Below are positions 23,588-33,830 of a stretch of 64,000 bases of DNA, one piece after another. The stretch covers positions 248,001 through 312,000 of the forward strand of contig JAVKOQ020000030.1 of the NCBI GenBank assembly GCA_031835245.2, in the 5' to 3' direction. The notes beneath the pieces are model-generated. The model ran no database searches and was not told the DNA's origin. It saw only the letters and a program-made list of their open reading frames with translations. Source of the stretch: Balamuthia mandrillaris. Taxonomy: Eukaryota. Both the position numbers and the translations under genes were made by a program. Each line of letters starts with the position of its first letter. Within the stretch, counting starts at the first letter, position 1.

Positions 23588-24425
23588 CTGGTGTCCTGGT
23601 TGCTTGCACTCACTCACTTTCTTTTAGTGTTTGGGGTTTTTCAAAAAAAAATAATTCATGGTTTTAAATAGTGTTGAAGAAGGATGCAAAGCAAACTTGC
23701 GTGTTTGCGGTCAGCGTGCGCCGTGTCTTCCATGGAGTTGATAGTTTGTGCATGCTCTCTCCCCGTGGAACTTCCACCTCGGTTCGTGGCATAGGTTAAA
23801 AATTGGATAATAGGTTGGAATAATCCCATTATACATGCTAATGGGATGGAGGGTACATTATGTTGAATATTCTCAGAAATTACCGCTATGAGGTAACTAT
23901 GCCTATTAGCATAGATGTCCGCAAAAAAGATCGTCCTTCCATTCATTTAAACAAACAAAACTTCACGAAGAGCTCTTCTTGCCGTCCTGCTTCTTGACGC
24001 TCCGTTCGTTCGTGACAATGCATTGGAGTCGCAGCCGCCAGGTCTCATTCCAACCAAAGGTTTCCCAGGGAATAACCCTTAACAACAAATGTCCTCGGCC
24101 TGAGAGAAGAAGAGATTGAAAAAGAAGAGTCAAGCGGCTGAATGATATGGAAGGAGATACTCGCCTACACTGTGCATCTTCCTTCTACACGACTCAAAGC
24201 CAGAAACACGAATCGCACAAACTCCTCCCGCCACCTACGATGGGGCACCAATGGCAATATTTGCTTCATTAATTTCATTGTCGGTAATGCTCATTACCGC
24301 ATCGCCGTTATCGCAAGTTTTGTCGGTTTTGCAGGTAAACCGGAAGAGCTAAAGAGCAGGCCTCCTCTCCCACCTCAGCGTCGTGTCTTTATTTGTGTTT
24401 CACAACCACAACCACAACAACAGAG

Positions 24426-26012
24426 ATGCAGACAAGCGGCTTGCCCTCCACCTCCTTCTTCTTCTTCTCCTTCATCACTTTCCTCCTCTTCCTCAACGGC
24501 TGTACCGTCCTGGCCGACCACGGCCCCGTCGTGGAGACCGCGCAGGGAGCGGTTCGTGGCCACGTTGTGGAGGGCCAGAACGGGAAGAACCGTGTGGAGT
24601 TTCTCGGGATCCCTTTCGCCAAGCCGCCGGTGGGCCCGCTGCGCTGGGAAGCCCCCGTCACGCCGGACGCTTGGAACCAGACGTTAAACCTGTCGCACGT
24701 GATCCCTCCTGCCTGCAGCCAAACCGTGCTTCAGAGCTACACCAACACGAACATCACCATGCAAGTTTTCGTTTCTTCATCTTTGTTGCTGCTGCGTCTG
24801 TGCTTTTTCTTTGTTCTCACCAAAAAAATAACAACAGAGACCGAAGCCCGGTGAGCGAAGATTGTCTCTACCTCAACATTTGGACTCCCGAGGAGGTGAA
24901 CGAGGACTCTGCGCTGGACGTTGTTGTGTGGATACACGGAGGAGCCTTAACCTCCGGTGGCACTCAGTTCTCTCCTCTGGGTTAGTTTTCTTTCTTTCTT
25001 GTCGGTAGTTTTTGTCGTTGCTTTCTTTCGTTCTTTCGTTCTTTCTTCTTTCTTCTTTCTTGTCGTTTTCTTTCTTTGCTTTGTTTGTTGCCGAACGCAA
25101 ACAATAACACGAAAAAAAAAAAGGTCATATGGTGGATGAAACCGGTTTGATCTTTGTGAGCATTGCGTATCGTTTGGGAGTGTTGGGCTTCCTCTCGTTT
25201 GACGGCGTCGAAGATGCCAACCTTGGCATTCTGGACCAAAGGCTGGCTTTGCAGTGGATCAGCCAAAACATCGCTGCTTTCGGAGGCAATCCTAACAGCA
25301 TTACTATTATCGGCCACAGCGCTGGTACCTCCTCACTTTCCTGCCATCTGTTATTCTTCATTCTTTCTCCTCCTTCTCTCTTCTTCATTTCTGTGTTGTT
25401 TACCTCGTTTCCTTCTTTAAAGGTGGCATGTCGGTGTTGTTCCATCTCGTTAATGACGAAATAAGTTCGCTGTTTCACAGAGGTTACACTCATTCCTCTC
25501 TTTCTCCCGCCGCCCTCTCTGACCCCCCTCTGCTATCTCGTTCTGCTTTATCCCTTTCTCTCTCTCTCTCTCACACCTGGCTTCATTATTACAGCCATCA
25601 TAATGTCGCCTGGAACTTTTTACATCTTTCCTCCCAGTCAGTTGGAGACTGTATCTGCTCGACTCGCCACTACTCTTGAATGCGAAAGTACTTTCTTCCT
25701 CTGCTTCTTCTTCTTCGTTCTTCTTCTTCTTCTTCTTCTCTCACTAACCCAATCAAAAAATAAAAGCGTTGAGTTGCCTGCGCGAGTACAACGCGACTGA
25801 ACTCATAAAGGCAGCCAGTGACGACGGAACATTTTTTACCGCTATAGTAGGAGAAGACTCCATTCCCTACCACCCCTTGAACAGGATCGTGGATGGCCAT
25901 TACAACAAGGACATTGACGTCATCTTTGGAGAGGTAGACCAAGAAGGCAACTTCATTCTTATGGGTATCATTGGTGCTCCTTTTGATATGCAAGAATTTG
26001 TGGTAGGTTATT

Positions 26013-26054
<42 letters not shown>

Positions 26055-26830
26055 CTCTTCTCTCTTCTCTCTCTTTATTTTTGAGCTCTTCCGGTAACGT
26101 TTCCTGCTTCTTCTATCAAACACAAACAGTATGACTTTGCACTTGGCGCCTACTTCCCAGAAGATGCTCAGCAAATTGCCGATTTGTATGTGCCTGTATC
26201 CGACGAGGAAGGCTTTTGGAATGCCGGTGCAAAAGTCACAGGTTTTGTTCATTCGCTTTCTTCTCTTCGCCGTTCTCTTCTCTTTTAACTCATTCTTTTC
26301 AATAAATAGGAGACTCGAATCTTCTGTGTGGAACGGACTTTGTGATACGTGCGATGGCCAGTCATGGCACAAATGTCTATCGTTACCTCTTCACTCATCG
26401 TCCAATCCACGCTCCAGCAGACTATTTGAACTGCACCCATGGCAGCGAGGTGCCGTTCTTCTTCTTGGACCCGCACGCTTATCATCTGCAAGAGGTGTTG
26501 GTGTCGCGTTTCAGTACGGAGGAGGAGGCGTTCTCTCGTAGGATCGTCAATCTTTGGACCAGTTTTGCTAAGACGGGAGAACCTACGGATAGCGAGAACG
26601 AAGAGTTTGTGTGGCCGTTGTGGGACAATGACGAGCAGCAAGTTACTCTGTTCAACCTGGACGTGGAGACCGTAACGTACGACAACAGTCGCGTCTATTA
26701 CTGTTATGAGTTTTGGAACGATTTCTTTGGGGTGAACACCACGTCGTTCTATAGTGACTCTTCTTCCGGCTCGAACGAGGATGGCTCTCATGCTGCTTCG
26801 CTCTCTCCTTTTCAAACGATCTTGTTTTAA
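24426..26830 (+). CDS. Secreted type-B carboxylesterase / cholinesterase-like alpha/beta hydrolase
   Basis: Signal peptide, [50 protein letters not shown] (Ser), EG (Glu), HGSE (His); seven introns. Confidence 0.95.
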
Positions 26831-26855
26831 TATATGAAAGGAGAGTTGTTTTGCT

Positions 26856-29037
26856 TTAGAAGATGTAGTCCATGCGAAGGAAGTTGGAGGACTTCTTGTC
26901 CAGTATTTGCGAGAGAACAGCCGCGTTTTCTTTGGTGTCTTTGGTGGCTACCAACGAACGAATGGAAAACACTCTGAGGGCATCAAACACGCTCAACGTT
27001 CCGTATGCAGAGTCCTTTCTTCCTGTGAACGGAAAAGAGTCCTATTTTTTGGTTTTTTAGCGTTAACAAAACGCAAAAGAGAGAATAACGATGAAGAAAG
27101 AGCACTGCATACAGGTCCTCTCTGGCATTGGGCATTGATGTTGACACGCGAGACCTGGTTCACCAACACATCTACCAGCTGTGAGATGGCGTCCGCGTCC
27201 TGGCTGAACACTGAAGCCTGCTGTCCGTAAGGAGAGCTCGCCAGGTAAGCAAAGACCTCATCCAAATCGCTAAACGTGGCAACGGGCACTATAGGACCAA
27301 ACTGTTCCTCGTGGTAGAGTCTCATTTGGTCGGTAACGGGATGAACCACGGTCGGAGCCACAAACGTGCGATCAAACTTGCCGCCACGCTCAGTGTTGAT
27401 AATGGATGCTCCCTTGGAGAGGGCGTCTTGGAGAAGGTCTCGGATGTAGCCTGGCTTGCCTTCCTCTGGCAATGGCGTTATTTTTACTCCCTTTGTTGTG
27501 AGAAAAAGATGAGAATGAAGAAGAGAGAGAAGAGAGAAGCAGAGAAGAGAACGAACTGGAGTCCATGGCAAGCCCATCTTCAAGTTATCAACTGCTTTGG
27601 CAAACTTGGCGAGGAATGCCTCGGAAACCTTTTCATGCACAAAGATGATCTTGAGAGCGGTGCACCGCTGTCCGTTGTAACTCAGAGAGCCCAAAATACA
27701 TTCCTCCACCGCAACGTCTAGGTTTGCATCCGGAAGAATGATGGCTGGGTTCTTGGCCTCCAGTCCCAAACATACTCGCAAACGATGGGGCTTCGGATGA
27801 GCCTGTTGGAGAGAGAATTCGCAAACGCAGTTACATTAGAGAAAAGCAACCAACATCAGAACAAAAGTGAGAATAAAAGCAAACCTTTTGTAAGGCAGAG
27901 GCAGCTTTGCTGGTGCCAATGAAGGCGAGAATGTCCATTTTGCCGCTCGCCATGATGGGTGGTAGCGTCTCTCTTCCAGAGCCGCTTATCACGTTGACCA
28001 CTCCCGGTGGAAATATGTCCTTGAAGAGCTGGAGAGTCGGAAAGTGGCACAACACACCTACTCGAGGAAGCTTCATTACCACGGTATTTCCTTTTTGTAA
28101 AAGATAAAACGAAAGAAACGAGCAAGTAAGACAGAAGAAAAAAAGGAAGATGGAAAGAAGGAAGATAAGAAACCCATGATAAGAGCAGGCAAAAGAACAG
28201 TATAAGTCTCGTTGAACGGATAGTTGAAAGGACCGCAACACAGAACGACTCCATACGGCGCTCTTCTTATCTGTGAATGTTTTAGTCTCATCGAAGGCGC
28301 AAACAAGGCAAAGCAGAGACGCTAGCTCACCTGAGCGATAACCCCGCCTTCGCTCTTGAACGTGGATTGCTCATTTTCGAGGTCCTTAAGCGCTTTAATG
28401 GTGTCCTGCACGTAAAGAATGGTCCTGTCGACTTCTTTCTCGGCGTCTGCTGTTGTTTTGCATATCTCCCACCTTTGTTCAAACGCTCACATCAGACACA
28501 AGCGAGGCAAAGAAGCAAAGAAGAGACGGAGAAAAAAGTGACAAGCCAGAAGAAGAGAGAACAAAAGAAGAAAACCATACTGGATAAGGTTCACGATCTC
28601 GTCTCTCTTTTGCTTGAGACCTTGCAAATACTTTTGCACCGCTTCTATCCTTTGCCTCGTCTTTGTTTAACACACAAGAGAGAGAGAGAGAAAACTTAAC
28701 AAGAAACACATAACGGCAATATAGGCTCACTAGTGACATTGCATGAAGTACGCACCGACATTTGCGGCCATTCCCCTCTGCCATAGTTGTACGCCCGGTG
28801 AGCGGCCTCCACCGCCTCCAGAGCCTCCTGCGGACCCAACATGGGGAAGGTGCCGATGACGGTCGGCTCCTCCGAGCCCTGCCGGCAGATGGGGGAGACC
28901 ACCGGCGCGGTGGGGCCTTGCCAGAGGCGCAGCTCCCCGCCGACGAGGTAACGGTCAAAGAGCACCTGCGGCAGTTGTGGGACCTGCTTGTCCAGGAACA
29001 AGCCCTCGAAGCAGCATTGAGTCTCGCTTGCAGTCAT
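26856..29037 (-). CDS. gapN: Non-phosphorylating NADP-dependent glyceraldehyde-3-phosphate dehydrogenase-like aldehyde dehydrogenase (bacterial LGLEAK subtype)
   Basis: IRRAPYGVVLCCGPFNYPFNE, FIGTS, PHRLRVCLGLEAKNPAII, SYNGQRCTA, EEQFGP, QRGPDSFPFTGRKDSAYGTLSV; multiple GT-AG introns. Confidence 0.85.
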
Positions 29038-29463
29038 CTTTGTCCACCAAAAAAAACCTATTTTTTTTTTGTTATTTTGTTTCAACGATTTATTTCTCAC
29101 CTCAAAACCCACCTTAAAATAGTAGAAATGACGTAACCTGGAGAAGTGGAGGCCAATAGCAGCAGTTTTTGTGCACAATGAAAAGGCTTACTTTCTATCA
29201 ACTTTCTTCCAAATCCACAAAGAATTATTTTTGTCGACATCCTGATCCGCTAAAAAAAAAGATTTGCCGGCAAAGCGGATCTGTCAGCACACAGGTTTAT
29301 TCCTCCTCCTTGCCCTCTATTTTCATCTTCTTCTTCTTCTTCTTCTTCCCTCCTCACTTGTGGTTCCTTGCTAAAGTACTCTCTCTTCACACGCACACAC
29401 GAAAAAGAAACAACCGCTCGGACTCTTTTGTTGTTGATTTGAATTTGTATCACACACCAAGCC

Positions 29464-30285
29464 ATGTCAGCTTCTTCTTCTTCTTCTTCGTCAACCACCC
29501 CCTCTTCCCCCGCAGCAGGCGTAGGCGCCTACGAGTCCCTGGCCCACGGCCTGGCCGGCGCTGGCGGCGGCGTCATCTCCCTGGGGCTGACCTACCCCCT
29601 CTACACCGTCATCACCAAGCTGCAGGTGCGCTCCTCCCGCTACACCGGCGCCTGGCACGCCATCCTCTGCATACTGCGGGAGCAGGGCGTGCGGGGGTTC
29701 TACTCGGGGGTGGCCCCCGCCTTGGTCGGCAACGCCTACGCCCAGGGCGTCTACTACTATTGGTACTCCCTGTTGAGGCGGCTGGTGGAGGGGCCGCCCG
29801 GCAGGAAGAAGAGGAACGTCGGCACCTTGGTTAGTTTGTTGGTCGGAGCGCTGGCTGGTTCGTTTGCTTTCCTTTCCCTCTTGTTCTCTCTCGCTCTTTC
29901 TCTCTTCTCTGCTCTCTGCTCTCTGCTCTCTGCTCTCTGCTCTCTGCTCTCTTTCCTACGGCCTAGACCTATATTGTTGACGCTCACAAACACACACAAA
30001 AAAGGAGCCATAACGGTAGTCTTTACCAATCCATTCTGGGTGGTGACCACCCGCATGCAAACAAGGAAGGAAACCGCCAACGACGACGTTGCCACCACGA
30101 AAAACGGCAACAAAAACAAAAACGACGGCGTGCTCCAAGTTATTCGAGAGGTCTACGACCAAGACGGTATTGCGGGCTTTTGGTCTGGTTTAGGTATCTC
30201 TTTTATTTCTCCTCTTCGTCATTCTCTATTCGTTTATTTGCCTTCTTGTTCTCTTGTCACTTCTGCTTGTTCTCTCTTTCTGTTT

Positions 30286-30327
<42 letters not shown>

Positions 30328-30803
30328 CCCCCTCCAACTTCCTAACAACAAAGCTGAAAAAAGTGCCATCGTTGATCTTGGTCTCCAATCCCTCCATCCA
30401 ATACATGGTCTTTGAGCAACTCAAGCCCGTTTTCCTCCGAATCCTTCGTCGTCGTCAATCCCCTTCCTCCTCCTCTTCCATCCAATTAGGCCCTGCTCAC
30501 TTCTTCCTTCTTGGGGCGATCGCCAAGACCGTGGCCACCATGGTGACCTATCCTTACATCACCGTCAAGACTCGTTTGCAAGCTGCCTCTTCTTCCGGAG
30601 GACAATCTATCGAACGTTATAGGAGCACCATCGACGTTTTGCAAAAGATCTGGAAGGAAGAGGGAGTGAGTGGATTCTACAAGGGGCTCAACTCGAAAAT
30701 AGTGCAGAGCGTGTTGAATGCGGCGTTTCTGTTTGTGGCGGAGGAGCAGTTGGCGAAGGCTATTCTTCGCATGGTGTTGTTGTTGCGGTCTCCTCAGAAA
30801 TAA
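29464..30803 (+). CDS. Peroxisomal-type mitochondrial-carrier-family transporter (SLC25A17/PMP34/PXN-like)
   Basis: Three carrier repeats (YPLYTVITKLQ, NPFWVVTTRMQ, YPYITVKTRLQ), VYYYWY, LVSNPSIQY, SKIVQSVL. Introns 29858-30004 and 30194-30363. Confidence 0.9.
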
Positions 30804-30927
30804 AAGAAGAAGCAAGCAGAGACAAAGAAGAAGCAAGCAGGAGAAGAAGATCAAGGAGAAGAAGAACAAGAGGAAGCAAGCAGGAGACGAAGAAGAAGAC
30901 GAAGAAGAACAAGAAGCAGAAGAACAT

Positions 30928-30963
<36 letters not shown>

Positions 30964-31014
30964 CAAGAAAGAGAAAGATAAGAAAAGAACCGAAGCGACG
31001 CAAAAGAGTTGGTT

Positions 31015-31397
31015 TTAAACAGAGAGATTAGAGTCCACTTCGGTAAGGGGACGCATGAACTTGGCCAACGGGAAGTCGAGGTTGCTGATCTCTCCGTTGA
31101 AGAAGGCGGCGTGCAACAGGATGACCGTCAGCGAGGCCCCCACGATGAGCACCAACGTCCACCCCGTGGAGGTGACGTAGAAGCAAAAGAGGCTGATGAG
31201 GAGGAGGGCAGCCGTCTTTTGGGTGTTGCTCAGAGGGGGACGGCCCCGCATCAGCACGACGGGGCGGGAGGCTGTCTCCTTCCAGACGAACGTGAGGAAC
31301 CAGAGCGTGCCCACCATGCCCAACGTCACCAAGAAGAACGGGTTGCTGAACCTAGTGTAAAGGAAGAAGAAGGAGAATAAGAAGGAAGAAGCAGTGA

Positions 31398-31429
<32 letters not shown>

Positions 31430-31882
31430 AGCGTACACGCCCAAAAGAGAGATGGCAAGAAAGATGAGGAGGTAGTTGGACTGGAAGAAGAGGAGGTTGT
31501 TCCAGATCCGAAGGGGCAACTCCTGAGAGCGCGTCACAGAGAAGTTCTCCCGGTTGACAAACTCCTTCCAGCTTCGCAGCCTCTGTATGCGTTCTTTGGC
31601 TTGCCTCATGACCCAGAGCTTGGCCTCGTTGGTGTCTGCTGGAAAACTTAACACCGAGGAGGAAGAGGAGGAAGAAGAAGAAGTGGAGGGGGCTGAGGAG
31701 GAAAAGGAGGAATTCGTCATGCGTGAAGAGATGGTGGAGGAAGAGATGCTGCTCTTCAATCCTGAGGAGGAGGTGGAGTCACGGTCTTTGGAAGCGCTAG
31801 CCAAAAAACTCGAAGCTTGTCCTCCTTCCTCTTCTGCTTGCATGAGCACCACCACCTCCCTGTCATCTTCGAGCTCTTCCAT
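31015..31882 (-). CDS. PRA1 (prenylated Rab acceptor) family protein
   Basis: LRSWKEF, RIWNNLLFFQSNY, VILLHAAF. Intron 31436-31352. Confidence 0.9.
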
Positions 31883-32151
31883 GGCAATCCAACGGAACCA
31901 AAACGCTGTTGGTTGCTTTGTTTCTTTTCTTGTCTCTTTTTTCTTTCTTTTATTTGATCAAAAATATTAGATCTTGATCGAAACGTCGACCACTAGAAAA
32001 TCAAATAAATATGTGCCACGTAGGTTAACCGCCACGTCATGGACACACGTATGTTGTTTCTATACTTGGTAATTGACGCGTGTGTTTTGAAAGCTAACCC
32101 TAATAAAAATTAAATCAATTAAAAAATAATAAGCTTTTTGTTTGGATTCAT

Positions 32152-33788
32152 TCAAGGGTTAAACGATGACGCTAAGGAGGAGGGAGAAGAAGAAGAAGAA
32201 GAGGACGAAGAAGAAGGAGAAGGAGAAGAAGCATGCGGGAACAAACGAAGGAGAAGTGGAGCGGGGTCCAAAGCGTTCAGCTCCTGCAATACTTCGGGAG
32301 GAGTTGAACCCTCCTTCTCGAACTCGGCCGTTCGTATAATGCCTTGCAGCTGCTCCAAGTAGTGCTCTATGTTGCCTTTGAGAGTGGAGAGGATGGTGCG
32401 GCAGTGGTTGGCTGTGGTGCTGTTCTCCAGGTAGAGGTGGATGTAGCCCAACACCGGCGGAAGTTTCTCTTCCAGGCATTTGTTTGTCGCTAACAAAAGC
32501 ACTTTCAGTTTGTCTGTTGTTGCAACAATAAAAAAAATTAGAGAAGAAAATGAGAGAGAGAGAAGGATAGAGAGAGAATGGAGGAAGAGAAAGATTACCA
32601 GCATTCGCAAAGCTTTTCAGTTTAATCTTTGGAGCAGAGGAGCTGGCTGCATTCTCTTGTACGTTTATCACTGCTGTAGCCTATTAATTTTTTGTAAAAT
32701 AAGAACGAAATGAGTTATTTAGAAAGAAAAAGTTAAAAAAAAATAAAGAGAGGAAATACGAAACCTGAGTAAGGAACGAAACCAAAGGGTCCATGGTAGT
32801 TCGCACTACGCCAACCACGAAGGAGTCGGTGGTGGCCACAATCAGCTCCTCCAACGCCTTTTTGGAGTCGACATAATTGTGGGTGACGCGAGGGGAGGCC
32901 TCCTGCACCACACCCAAAAGAGCGTTCTCTCTGCCCCACACGAACAAAGATCGTTCTCCTCTCATTACCCTTCCAAATGCATCTATTTTTATTAAAGACA
33001 AAATGTTTCGTTGTCAGTGTCTTTAATGATGAAGATAAAAGCACAAGAGGAAGCGAAAGAAGGAGGAAGGGGGAACGATGAAGGAGGACGAATGTACCTC
33101 TGATGCTGGAAAAGTCCAAAGAGGTCTCCATGATGGCAAAGTTGATGTCAAAGGGTGCAATTTGCTCGCGAAGGATGAAGAAGTGGCGGAGGAGAAAGAG
33201 TTGTCCGTGGATCGGCCCTTTGTCTTTAGTCACCAGTTTACTAGCTGCTGTCAATGTAGAAATGCAGACATCCACCACTTCTTGCGCGAGTCCTTCAAAG
33301 ATTTTTGCCTTTGAGAGAAAAGCGAAATTGAGACAAAGGAGAAGAGAAATGGGCAACAACGTACATCAACAGAAAGCGACAGATTTGAAAGACACCGCAA
33401 ACTACGCTCTAGCGTAGGGTACCATAGACTGTACGTGCTTGTAGATAATTGTTTGTTATTGTGCTTCTGTTCTTGTTCGTTCTCACTTGGAACTGATTCT
33501 TTGCTCGCTGTTAATAATTCTCGTGCTGTTGTGCCTTTAAGAGTTTTGGACAATAGTGTTACAGCAAAGAAAAATAAAACATAACTAAAGAAAAAAAACG
33601 CACTAGCAAAGGGCATAAGTTTTGCTGGAAAGTTGAGATCCTCAGGAGTAGGAATGTAAAAACTTATTTCATCTCGTATGTGCATCTGGGCCAGGTAACA
33701 CAAACGCTCCTGAACATCTTCTACCATGCGAGAAACAACCGGCTGAAACACCGCCACTGACTCTCCTGTTTGTATTGAAAATAATTGA

Positions 33789-33830
<42 letters not shown>

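Noticed and set aside
26856..29037. ALDH as the TMABA dehydrogenase of a carnitine cluster with TMLHE
   Set aside because: Motifs match the GAPN-like subtype, not ALDH9.
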